Below, piece after piece: positions 36,443 to 45,322 of a stretch of DNA of 60,839 nt. The DNA is from Chloroflexota bacterium. Its GTDB lineage: Bacteria; Chloroflexota; Dehalococcoidia; SM23-28-2; RBG-16-64-32. The notes beneath the pieces are model-generated. The model made no database searches, was not told the origin of the DNA, and worked only from the letters and a program-made list of their open reading frames with translations. Position 1 is the first letter of the stretch. Each line of letters begins with the position of its first letter. Where the stretch lies: contig JADFQV010000003.1 in NCBI GenBank assembly GCA_022561635.1, positions 1 through 60,839 on the forward strand. Direction: 5' to 3'. The position numbers were made by a program, and so were the translations under genes.

Positions 36443-37402
36443 ATGGCGAAGAAGTCCAGGGTGCTCTCGATCGATGGTGGCGGGATCCGGGGTATCATCC
36501 CCGCCGTCATCCTCAAAGAGCTGGAAAAGGCGACGGGCAAGCCGATCGCCCAGTTGTTCGACCTGATAGTCGGCACTTCATCCGGAGGCGTGCTGGCCCT
36601 GGGGCTGGTGATGCCGGGAGAAGACGGCAAGCCGAAATACGCAGCCGACGACGGTGTGAGGCTGTACATGGGTCAGGGCCACCGCATCTTCACTCGCTCA
36701 ACGCTCCACAAAGTGCGCTCGATCTGGAGCGTCGAGGGAGAGAAGTACCCGTCCAGGGGGATCGAGACCGTCTTCCACGAGTACTACGGCGAGGCCCGGC
36801 TCAAGGACGCCATTACGCCGGTAGTCGTGACGAGCTATGAGATCGAGCGCCGCACGCCGTTCTTCTTCAAGAGCGAGCTGGCGAAGTCCGACGAGGCGGA
36901 GTACGACTTTCCGATGTGGCAAGTCGCGCGGGCGACGACGGCGGCGCCGACGTTCTTCGAGCCAGTCGAACTCAACGCCGCCAGCGGGTCCAGGACCTAC
37001 TCGCTGGTCGACGCGGGGATCTTCGTCAACGATCCGGCCATGAGCGCCCTGGCGGAAGCCCGTGCGATGGGTCTCGGCGACGACGTACTGATCGTCTCCC
37101 TTGGCAGCGGCGAATCGACCCACCCCATCCTCTTTGAGAGGGCCGTTGGATGGGGTCTGAGGCAATGGGCGCAGCCCCTCTTTGGCATCAGCTTCGACGG
37201 CACGAGCGCCATCGTCAACTACCAGCTGCGGCAGCTGCTTCCGGAGAATCGCTACTACCGGTTCCAGGCCAAGCTCCACGAAGCCAACGATGCGATGGAC
37301 GACACCAGCTCAACGAACCTTCGCGCGCTTGAGCTGTTGGGACAGAGCATCGTCGAAGAGAACGCCGAGGCGTTTCGGGAGATGTGCGAGCAGCTCTCAT
37401 GA
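36443..37402 (+). CDS. patatin-like phospholipase
   Basis: 319-aa ORF with an oxyanion GGGIRG, the nucleophile motif GTSSG and the catalytic Asp block VDAGIFVNDP. Confidence 0.85.
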   Translation: MAKKSRVLSIDGGGIRGIIPAVILKELEKATGKPIAQLFDLIVGTSSGGVLALGLVMPGEDGKPKYAADDGVRLYMGQGHRIFTRSTLHKVRSIWSVEGEKYPSRGIETVFHEYYGEARLKDAITPVVVTSYEIERRTPFFFKSELAKSDEAEYDFPMWQVARATTAAPTFFEPVELNAASGSRTYSLVDAGIFVNDPAMSALAEARAMGLGDDVLIVSLGSGESTHPILFERAVGWGLRQWAQPLFGISFDGTSAIVNYQLRQLLPENRYYRFQAKLHEANDAMDDTSSTNLRALELLGQSIVEENAEAFREMCEQLS

Positions 37403-37418
37403 CGCCTCCGGTGCGTCT

Positions 37419-38495
37419 ATGACCAGGATGAACGAGCTCGGGTTTTACACGCTCGCCGGGGCCCCAGATACGCCGCGCGATCTGATTGAGGAGGTTCGGC
37501 AGGGCGAGGAGCTGGATCTCGGCTCGGTGTTCATCTCGGAACGCTTCAACATCAAGGAGGCGGCGACGCTATGCGGCGCTGTGGGCGCCGTCTCTACGGA
37601 TCTCGGCATAGCCACGGCCGCGACGAACCACAACACCCGCCACCCGATGGTGACGGCCGCCTTCGCGATGACGATGCACAAGCTCACGGGCGGGCGCTTT
37701 TCGCTCGGCCTGGGCCGGGGCATCGCGCCGCTAATGAGCATCCTTGGCCTCTCTCAGGTCAAGACTGCCGAGATCGAAGACTTCGTGGGTCTCATGCGCC
37801 GCATCTGGCGGGGAGAGGTCGTGATGGGACACGACGGGCCTGCGGGCAAGTATCCGCTCCTCACGATGGGGCCGGAATACAGTGAGCACATACCGATGAC
37901 TCTGACCGCGTTCGGGCCGCGCTCGCTGGCGCTGGGCGGTCGTGCTTTCGACGCCGTCGTGCTCCATACGTACTTCACCGACGAGACGACCGAGCGCTGC
38001 GTTCGGGCGGTGAAGCAGGCTGCCGAAGAGGCCGGGCGGGATCCGGCGAAGGTCCGTGTCTGGTCTTGCTTCGCGACGATCGGCGACCACTTGCCGGCCG
38101 ACGTCCGGCTGCGCAAGACGGTCGGCCGCATGGCGACATATTTGCAGGCGTACGGTGACCTGATAGTGAAGACCAACGGTTGGAACCCCGAGCCGCTCGG
38201 GCGGTTTCGTGACGACGATCTCGTGAAAGGCTTTCGCAGCGCCCTGGACGCGAACGCCACCACGGAGCAGCTTGAGCACGTCGCCACGCTGATCCCGGAG
38301 GAATGGCTCGCCCCGGCGGCGACGGGATCCGCGGAGCAGTGCGCGGAGAAGATATCGGGCCAGTTTGATCTTGGCTGCGACGGCGTGATCTTGCACGGCG
38401 CCAGCCCGGCGGAGCTAGCGCCGATCGTTCAGGAGTACCGAAAACGACGCCCAGCGGGGCGCTTCGATCACCTCGCCGCCAATCCGGCAGGGTAG
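37419..38495 (+). CDS. LLM-class (luciferase-like) flavin/F420-dependent oxidoreductase
   Basis: ORF 37182..38495 trimmed to ATG 37419. The upstream part overlaps the patatin gene out of frame. The TIM-barrel LLM pattern is FISERFNIKEAATLCG ... FSLGLGRG. Confidence 0.8.
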   Translation: MTRMNELGFYTLAGAPDTPRDLIEEVRQGEELDLGSVFISERFNIKEAATLCGAVGAVSTDLGIATAATNHNTRHPMVTAAFAMTMHKLTGGRFSLGLGRGIAPLMSILGLSQVKTAEIEDFVGLMRRIWRGEVVMGHDGPAGKYPLLTMGPEYSEHIPMTLTAFGPRSLALGGRAFDAVVLHTYFTDETTERCVRAVKQAAEEAGRDPAKVRVWSCFATIGDHLPADVRLRKTVGRMATYLQAYGDLIVKTNGWNPEPLGRFRDDDLVKGFRSALDANATTEQLEHVATLIPEEWLAPAATGSAEQCAEKISGQFDLGCDGVILHGASPAELAPIVQEYRKRRPAGRFDHLAANPAG

Positions 38496-38507
38496 GATCA
38501 ACCGAAG

Positions 38508-39581
38508 ATGACGAAAGTGACGACGCCGGAGGGCTTCACCGCCGAGTGGCTGACCGAACGGCTGCGAGAGGCTGGCCATAGCGCCGTCGAGGTGAAGAGC
38601 TTCGACGCTACGCCGATCGGCACCGGCCAGATGGGCAAGTGCATTCGCTACGAGCTCGACCTGGCGGGCGCAGACGAGTCGACTCCGCGCAGCCTCGTGG
38701 GCAAGTTCCCGTCAGACGATCCGTTGAGCCGCCAAACGGCGGTCGCGCTGCGCAGCTACGTTAAGGAGGTGTCGTTCTACCGTGATCTGCAGCCGCGCCT
38801 GGCGATCTCGACCCCCCGCTGCTACCACGCCGAGATCGACGGCGACGGACCGAACTTCGCGCTCCTGCTTGAGGACATGGCTCCCGCTGTGCAGGGTGAT
38901 CAGTTGGCCGGTTGTTCGGTCGACGTGGCGCGAGTGGCCGTGCAAGACCTGGTGGGCCTCCACGCGCCGACCTGGTGCGACGAGGAGATTCGCGCGATCG
39001 AGTGGCTAGCTGCGGGGAACGAGGTGTCTGCCGAGCTTGTGCGTGCGCTCTACCGCGCACAGCTGCCCGGCTTCCTCGACCGCTACGGCTCGCGGCTGGC
39101 CTCCGATGAGGCGAAGATCATCGAACGCGTCGCAGACTCGAAGGGGCCTCCCTTCGATCCGCCTGGCGAGACGTTCGCGGTGGTCCACGTCGACTACCGC
39201 CTCGACAACCTTCTTATCGAGGCGGCTGCGCGTCCGCCCCGCGTCTCCGTCGTGGACTGGCAGACGGTCACGGTTGGCAGCCCTCTCAGCGACGTTTGCT
39301 ACTTCATGGGGGCCAGCCTCCTGCGGGAGGACAGACTGGCGGCAGAGGATGAGCTGGTCCGGGCCTATCACCGTGGGCTCGAGGAGGCGGGCGTCGAGGG
39401 CTATGCCTGGGATCAGTGCTGGGAAGACTACCGACGGGGGGCGTTCGCGGGCGTGGTCATGTCGGTTGTGGCCTCAATGATCGTCCAGCAGACCGAACGC
39501 GGTGACGCCATGTTTACGGCGATGGCCGTACGCCACAGCCGTCACGCCATCGACCTCGGCGCCGACGAGTTCCTCGGCTAA
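38508..39581 (+). CDS. phosphotransferase-family protein (APH / CHK-kinase-like fold)
   Basis: 357-aa ORF. The catalytic loop VVHVDYRLDNLL (H-x-D-x4-N) and the VVDWQ metal-binding motif are typical of aminoglycoside/choline-kinase-like enzymes. Confidence 0.75.
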   Translation: MTKVTTPEGFTAEWLTERLREAGHSAVEVKSFDATPIGTGQMGKCIRYELDLAGADESTPRSLVGKFPSDDPLSRQTAVALRSYVKEVSFYRDLQPRLAISTPRCYHAEIDGDGPNFALLLEDMAPAVQGDQLAGCSVDVARVAVQDLVGLHAPTWCDEEIRAIEWLAAGNEVSAELVRALYRAQLPGFLDRYGSRLASDEAKIIERVADSKGPPFDPPGETFAVVHVDYRLDNLLIEAAARPPRVSVVDWQTVTVGSPLSDVCYFMGASLLREDRLAAEDELVRAYHRGLEEAGVEGYAWDQCWEDYRRGAFAGVVMSVVASMIVQQTERGDAMFTAMAVRHSRHAIDLGADEFLG

Positions 39582-39598
39582 CGACCGGCGTCGGGCGC

Positions 39599-40909
39599 TT
39601 ACGTAGGCTTCGGTGCCTTCATTGCGTCCACCGGGTGCGGCAGCCGCGACGCGAAGTAGAAGAGCACGAAAGCGGTCGCCAGGGCAGCCGCGAGCATCGC
39701 CAGCGCGAGGTCGTACGAGCCAGTGCTGTCGAATATCAGGCCGGTCAGCGTTGGGCTCAGGACGATGCCGATCGTCTCCACAACTCCCAGCGTGCCCAGG
39801 ATCGTGGCGAAGTGCTTGAGGCCGAACGAACGCGTGATGAGCAGCGGTTCGAGCAACGGTCCGCCGCCGCTGCCGATGATCCAGAAGATGAGGAAGATCG
39901 TGATCCCGGGCGCAGTGGAGTTGATGAGCAGCACGACGAACGCCGTCGTCAGGAACGTCAACAGCCCCATCGCCGCGATCTCCACACGCTGGAACCGGTC
40001 GACGAAGAAGCCGAAGGTTAGCCGCGCGAAGATCCCTCCCGCGGCCATGATCGTGACGAGAATCGCTGCCACGCTGCGGTCCACGCCCACCGACTCGTAG
40101 AAGGGAATCTGGTGCACGAGCCAGCCGAAAACGCCAAAGAAGAACAGTGTCATCGCCCCCGCCTGGAGCCAGAACAACCGCGTCTTCAGCGCCTCGCGCG
40201 CGGTCAGTCCCTGCCGCGGACCCGCCCGCCTGCGCTCCTCCGCCTCTTCGCCTGATTCGCCGTCTACGAACGCCCCCACGTCGGACGGGTCGTTTCTCAA
40301 GACGAAGATGCTCAGAGGGAGGAAGAGGACGAGCACGGCCACCGCAGAGAAGATGAACGATCCTTCCCAGCCAACCTCGTCGATCACGAAAGCCATGATC
40401 AGGACGACGAAGCCGCCCAGCGAAAAGCCGGTGCCCAAGATCCCGAGCGCCATCCCCCGTCTGCGATCGAACCAGCGTGAGATGAGAGCCTGAAACGGGA
40501 TGAAGAACATCAGCTGCCGGAATACCGCGTTGATCGAGAGGTAGACGATCCACTGCCAGAGCGAGCTTGTCGTCGCCAACAGCACGTATGTGGCCGCCGT
40601 CATGACCGCGCCGAAGAGAATCGCGGACCGCGCACCGCGCGTGTCGACCCAGCGTCCGATCAGCGGCCCGCAGAGTCCGCTGATGGCAAGAGATATCGAG
40701 AAACCCGCGGAGACCTCCGCGCGAGACCACCCGAACTCCTGCTCCATCGGGTCGATGTACAGGCCGAACGCCCAGAACGAGATACCGCTGCCGAGCGCCA
40801 TCGCCAGCACTGATCCACCGAGGATGATCCACCCGTAGTAGAACCGCCCCGGTGTTGGTGACTTAGCTTTGTTGATTCGTTGCACGCCGTCTGTGAAGGG
40901 ACGCGCCAC
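39599..40909 (-). CDS. MFS transporter (oxalate/formate antiporter-like subfamily)
   Basis: 436-aa ORF with a GTG start (uncertain) and 12 hydrophobic segments. The N-terminus GRFYYGWIILGG is as in OFA/MCT-like MFS proteins. Confidence 0.75.
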   Translation of the reverse strand: MARPFTDGVQRINKAKSPTPGRFYYGWIILGGSVLAMALGSGISFWAFGLYIDPMEQEFGWSRAEVSAGFSISLAISGLCGPLIGRWVDTRGARSAILFGAVMTAATYVLLATTSSLWQWIVYLSINAVFRQLMFFIPFQALISRWFDRRRGMALGILGTGFSLGGFVVLIMAFVIDEVGWEGSFIFSAVAVLVLFLPLSIFVLRNDPSDVGAFVDGESGEEAEERRRAGPRQGLTAREALKTRLFWLQAGAMTLFFFGVFGWLVHQIPFYESVGVDRSVAAILVTIMAAGGIFARLTFGFFVDRFQRVEIAAMGLLTFLTTAFVVLLINSTAPGITIFLIFWIIGSGGGPLLEPLLITRSFGLKHFATILGTLGVVETIGIVLSPTLTGLIFDSTGSYDLALAMLAAALATAFVLFYFASRLPHPVDAMKAPKPT

Positions 40910-41120
40910 CGATCGCGGCAGCGCTTTTGGTGATCATACTAGGCCAGTCTCGTGGCTGCTGGTCTTTCGCTCAGTGTTGCCGATACGGTGCCGCCGGTGT
41001 CGCTCACGCGGCAAAGAAAGACATAAGACGTTCCGGGTTTCCCGTACAGAGCGCCGACCTTATACTTTTCGCTTGGTGCGCCCGGCATAGTAGGCGCGGA
41101 AGCGAGAAGGAGGGTTCCCG

Positions 41121-41609
41121 TTGCCTCACCCCTTACCCGATTCGCAAGTTGAGCGGTTCCTGCGCGGCCGGCACGTCTGCGTGCTTACGACCATAGGCGC
41201 GGACGGCATGCCGTTGCAGACGCCGGTCTGGTATCTGTATCGTGACGGGCGCCTCTACGTGCGGACGAACTCGCTGAGCGCGAAGGTGCGGAACATCTGC
41301 CGTGATCCTCGCGTGAGCTTGTGCGTGCAGGACGAGTACCCGCCCTACCGGGGTGTAACGGTGACGGGGAGGGCCGAGGTGCTGGCGGACGAGCCTGAGA
41401 TATCGGCGAAAATGTCGCGGAACTACCTGGGGGCGATCGCCGGGTTCTTGTACATGCGGCTGCGCTCACGGGCGCAGATAGAGGGTGACCCCGATACAAT
41501 CCTGGTGATTGTTCCCAACGGCAAGCGCGGATGGGACTACCGGCCGCAGACGCCGTTCGTCGGACGTGTGTGGCTGGCGATCAAGCGCGTGCTGCCGCCG
41601 TGGCTATAG
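41121..41609 (+). CDS. pyridoxamine 5'-phosphate oxidase-family / F420-dependent split-barrel protein
   Basis: 162-aa ORF. TTG 41121 is preceded by AAGGAGG. FLRGRHVCVLTTIGADGMPLQTPVWYLY is the typical PPOX-class N-terminus. Confidence 0.75.
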   Translation: MPHPLPDSQVERFLRGRHVCVLTTIGADGMPLQTPVWYLYRDGRLYVRTNSLSAKVRNICRDPRVSLCVQDEYPPYRGVTVTGRAEVLADEPEISAKMSRNYLGAIAGFLYMRLRSRAQIEGDPDTILVIVPNGKRGWDYRPQTPFVGRVWLAIKRVLPPWL

Positions 41610-41640
41610 GCGGCGGCCGTTTCCCTGGGCTCGGCGTGCG

Positions 41641-42372
41641 CTAGTCCGTTTCGGTGAGCTCGAACGACTCGAGCCGGCGGACGGCGAGGAAAACGGCGGT
41701 GGCGGCGACGCCCGCGGCGAGTAGAAAGGCCTCGGGGCCGCCGAGGGATGCCTCGAAGTCCTGGGTGCTGACTGACGCAATGGAGTCAGCAATGCCGAGG
41801 CAGTACTGGCGGATGCTGAGGTAGCGTGTGCCGGAGAAGAGCTCGGTGATCAGGCCCTCCCAGATGAAGACGTAGGCGAGGCCGATGAGGAGGGCGCGGC
41901 TGGTAGCGACGCTGAGCAGTATGAAGACTGCGGTGTAGGCGAAGACGCCGACCAGGACAGCGATCGTGAAGCCGGCGACGATGCCTTCGTTCGGCACGCC
42001 CTGGAGGCCGATGAGCCCGGAGACGACGGTGGCGGGGACGACGAACGCCGCGGCGATAAGGACAGACGCCGCAAACTTGGCGGCGATGATGGCCCGGCGG
42101 GGCACGGGCTTCGCCAGGATGTACACAGCGGTCCCGTCCTCGATCTCTGAGCCCAGGGCGGACGTGCCGATGATGAGGCAGGCGAGCGGCAGGATAGCGG
42201 TGACGATGATGTCGGCGAGGAAGTTCGCGGTCTCTTCCTGCTGGTCGAGGTGCTCACCGAGGCGGAAGATGACGGCGAGGGCTACGGGGATCAGCGCCAG
42301 GCCAACCAGGAGGAGAGAACGGCGCTGTCCGGCGAACTGTCGCAGCGTCAGCGCGAAGATGGCTTCGTTCAT
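41641..42372 (-). CDS. ABC-2 type transporter permease
   Basis: 243-aa ORF with 6 hydrophobic segments and a 4-nt overlap with the upstream ATPase gene. Confidence 0.7.
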   Translation of the reverse strand: MNEAIFALTLRQFAGQRRSLLLVGLALIPVALAVIFRLGEHLDQQEETANFLADIIVTAILPLACLIIGTSALGSEIEDGTAVYILAKPVPRRAIIAAKFAASVLIAAAFVVPATVVSGLIGLQGVPNEGIVAGFTIAVLVGVFAYTAVFILLSVATSRALLIGLAYVFIWEGLITELFSGTRYLSIRQYCLGIADSIASVSTQDFEASLGGPEAFLLAAGVAATAVFLAVRRLESFELTETD

Positions 42373-43325
42373 CGCTTCACCAGGTAAGAGAAGACGCTCT
42401 CCAACGACTCGTCTGTGGGCAGCAACTCCTGGATAGTGATGCCTTCTGCCCTCGCTATCCTGGGCGCGGCTCGGGTAAAGTCGGCGAACTGGGACGTGCG
42501 GACCGTCAGGTGCTCGTCGCCCAACTCGACGCCGAAGACAGACTCGTCGGCGACAAGGGCGACGGCCAGGCGGCGGTCGTCGCTCGATTGCACAGTGAAG
42601 GTGTGCGGGCGGTCGGTCATCAGACGGCGGATGGCCCGAAAATCGCCGGAGGCCACGAGGCGGCCGGCGACGATCACGAGGACGTTGCGGGCGAGGCGTT
42701 CGACCTCGTCCAGGATGTGCGAGGAGAAGACGATGGTGCGACCTTCGTCGGCCATGCGGCGCAGCTGATCCATCATCTGCAGGCGCTGAGCGGGGTCAGT
42801 GCCGTTGAACGGCTCGTCCAGGAGGAGTATCTGCGGGTCGTGGACGATGGCGGCAGCGATCTTCAGGCGCTGCTTCATGCCCTTTGAGTAGCCGCCGAGC
42901 CGCCGGTCCTGGGCCGCTTCCATGCTGACGGCTCGAATGGCGCGGCGCGAAGCGCCGTCGGGGTCGCTGAGGCCGTAGAGTTTCGCGTTCAGAAGGACGA
43001 ACTGATAGCCGGTGAGGAACGAATAGACGGCTTCTTTCTCTGGCACGAAGCCGACGTTGGCGTACATCTCGGGGTTTTGCCACGCCTGCTCGCCGTCGAT
43101 GCGAACCGTGCCTTCAGACGGGCGGAGGAAGCCGGCGGCCATGTGCAGGATAGTGCTTTTCCCGGCGCCGTTGGGGCCGAGCAGTCCGGTGATTCCCGGC
43201 CCGAGCGAGAACGACACGTCGTTCACGGCGACGACGTTGCCGTACCAGCGGGAGACGTTGACCGCCTCGATCGTGGCCGGCGGGGAGGCCACGCCGTTGG
43301 GCTGCGTCTCAGGGGCCATCGTCAT
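42369..43325 (-). CDS. ABC transporter ATP-binding protein
   Basis: 318-aa ORF with Walker A GPNGAGKST, signature YSKGMKQR, Walker B LLLDEP and an extra C-terminal domain. Confidence 0.9.
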   Translation of the reverse strand: MTMAPETQPNGVASPPATIEAVNVSRWYGNVVAVNDVSFSLGPGITGLLGPNGAGKSTILHMAAGFLRPSEGTVRIDGEQAWQNPEMYANVGFVPEKEAVYSFLTGYQFVLLNAKLYGLSDPDGASRRAIRAVSMEAAQDRRLGGYSKGMKQRLKIAAAIVHDPQILLLDEPFNGTDPAQRLQMMDQLRRMADEGRTIVFSSHILDEVERLARNVLVIVAGRLVASGDFRAIRRLMTDRPHTFTVQSSDDRRLAVALVADESVFGVELGDEHLTVRTSQFADFTRAAPRIARAEGITIQELLPTDESLESVFSYLVKR

Positions 43326-44230
43326 GGCGAGATCTTCTCGTAGCGGCGAAAGAGCAGGGCGAGCATGAGGAGCGTGACCAGAACCGCATCGATCGCGTAG
43401 ACGGCGCCCGGGAGATTAGCGACGGCGAGCTGTGAATCGGGATCGGGCGCCACGTCGAAGAACCAGAGAGTCAGTCCCTCGAGAACCTCGAACGGGCTGA
43501 AGAGCAGCACGAAGCGCCCGATGTTCTGATCCACCACTTCGAAGATGCTCGCCGCGATGATGGAGGTGAGAAGGAAAGCGGCGATGATGCCGACTGTGGA
43601 GTACGCGCGCCGGGGCATCTGCGCTGCGATGACGAGGCTGATACTGGAGATCAGGCAAGACAACAGGATGGCGCTGCCGAGAATGGCTGGCAGGTCCGTC
43701 CATTTGTCCTGCAGGTAGTCGAAGAAGTTGTTCGCGGCGAGGCTGTTGCCGGTGAACATCATGATTTGCGGAATCGCTGTGATCGCTAGCATACCGGTCG
43801 TCAGGGCGGCGAACTTCGCGAGGGCGTAATCCTGTCGCCTCAGCGCCCGCGAGAAGTACAACGTCAACGTCTGTGTGCGCTGATCGCGACCGACCAGTTC
43901 GGGCGCGACGACGGCGCAGAAGATCGCCAGCACGATCTCGATCATGACGTAGTAGCCCTCCGGCCGGAAAAGCCCGATTTCCTCCGGGGCGATTTCCTCC
44001 GGGACGATGGCCGAGATGCCAAGCCTCACGATGGCGGGAATAAACGCGATCACAGCGAGACCCATGGGGCCCACCTTGCTCGACAGCGAGCGGCCGATAC
44101 CGAACACGCTCCGCAAGCTGTGGATGTAGAGCGCCCAGATGGCGTGCCGCCGCCCGAGGCGGGCGCCTTCGTACCGCTGGTAGCCAATGTCGTAGATTGC
44201 GCCGGCTGGTGCGTCAGCCACGGGAGTCAT
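43322..44230 (-). CDS. ABC-2 type transporter permease
   Basis: ORF 43322..44356 trimmed to ATG 44230 (MTPVADAPAGAIYDIGYQRYEG...). It has 6 hydrophobic segments and overlaps both neighbours. Confidence 0.65.
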   Translation of the reverse strand: MTPVADAPAGAIYDIGYQRYEGARLGRRHAIWALYIHSLRSVFGIGRSLSSKVGPMGLAVIAFIPAIVRLGISAIVPEEIAPEEIGLFRPEGYYVMIEIVLAIFCAVVAPELVGRDQRTQTLTLYFSRALRRQDYALAKFAALTTGMLAITAIPQIMMFTGNSLAANNFFDYLQDKWTDLPAILGSAILLSCLISSISLVIAAQMPRRAYSTVGIIAAFLLTSIIAASIFEVVDQNIGRFVLLFSPFEVLEGLTLWFFDVAPDPDSQLAVANLPGAVYAIDAVLVTLLMLALLFRRYEKISP

Positions 44231-45233
44231 CCTCGTCTTCCAGCGTGGCCTGCGGTTGGAACAACTCCTCGAGCCGCCGCCGCCCCTGCTCCAGCCGCAC
44301 CAGCCCGAGCCCGAGGTCGACGACGCTGTCCCTGATGAGGTCGAGCAGGGCGTCATCTTCCTGCTGCAGGAGGAGGAAGCGGCCGTTGCTGCTCACCGTT
44401 ACGCCGTGCTCCCGCAGGCGATCGGCCAACTGGCCGCCGTCGCTGTCGACTTCCACAGTGAGGTCGTGGGTGGGGGCGGTGAGCACCGTCATGGGCACGG
44501 ACCGGACGAGGCGACCGTCCTCTATCTCGACGAGGTGGTCGCAGACGCGCTCGATCTCGCTGAGGAGGTGAGATGAGAGGATCACGGCGATCCCGAATTC
44601 GGAACCGATGCGGCGGATGAGGCGCAGCATCTCCTCCCTGCCTTCGGGGTCGAGCCCGTTGGTCGGCTCGTCGAGGAGCATCAGCTGGGGATCGTGGACC
44701 AGCGCCTGCGCCAGCTTGACGCGCTGCTTCATGCCGGTGGAGTAGCCGCGCATCTCGCGGTAACGTTCCTCGAACAGGCCGACGTGGCGCAGCGTCTCCG
44801 CGGTGCGCTCGCGGGCGGCGGCACGCGGCAGGCCGCTGATCTGTGCCATGTGTGCGACGAACTCGGTGGCGGAGACGTCTGTGGGCAAGCAGTCGTGCTC
44901 CGGCATATAGCCGACGAACTGGCGTAGCTCCGGCCCCTGGCTAAAGACGTCGCGCCCCATGACTTCGCCGAGGCCGCTGGTCGGCTCCACCAGGCCCAGG
45001 AGAAGCTTGATCAGGGTGCTCTTGCCGGCGCCGTTGGCCCCCACGAGGCCGATGATCCCGGACTCCAATTCGAGGTCCAGGCCGTCGAGGGCGGTGACTG
45101 TTCCGTAGCGCTTTGTCAGGCCGACTGTGCGGATTAGCGTCAAGCCGGGGGATCCGTTCTTGTCTTGCGGCTGGGCGTGCGGTCCGAATCTGGCCGCGCC
45201 CCAATTGTAGACGGGCGGCCCGTAGCTTGCCAT
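44214..45233 (-). CDS. ABC transporter ATP-binding protein
   Basis: 339-aa ORF with Walker A GANGAGKST, signature YSTGMKQR, Walker B LMLLDEP and a C-terminal accessory domain. The start is uncertain. Confidence 0.85.
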   Translation of the reverse strand: MASYGPPVYNWGAARFGPHAQPQDKNGSPGLTLIRTVGLTKRYGTVTALDGLDLELESGIIGLVGANGAGKSTLIKLLLGLVEPTSGLGEVMGRDVFSQGPELRQFVGYMPEHDCLPTDVSATEFVAHMAQISGLPRAAARERTAETLRHVGLFEERYREMRGYSTGMKQRVKLAQALVHDPQLMLLDEPTNGLDPEGREEMLRLIRRIGSEFGIAVILSSHLLSEIERVCDHLVEIEDGRLVRSVPMTVLTAPTHDLTVEVDSDGGQLADRLREHGVTVSSNGRFLLLQQEDDALLDLIRDSVVDLGLGLVRLEQGRRRLEELFQPQATLEDEDDSRG

Positions 45234-45322
45234 CGGGTCCGGTCCTACGGCAGCGCTGACGCGCTCTAATCGATCCCTAATGTTTGCCGCGTACTCTCTG
45301 GACAGATGGAGGACGGAGAGCG

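Noticed and set aside
36443-37402. The patatin-like phospholipase as an effector of a CBASS-like or other anti-phage defence system.
   Set aside because: No cGAS/DncV-like nucleotidyltransferase, sensor, or other defence gene is adjacent. The neighbours are a crotonase, an LLM oxidoreductase and a kinase-fold enzyme, all metabolic. The class III cyclase is 11 kb away in a different operon.
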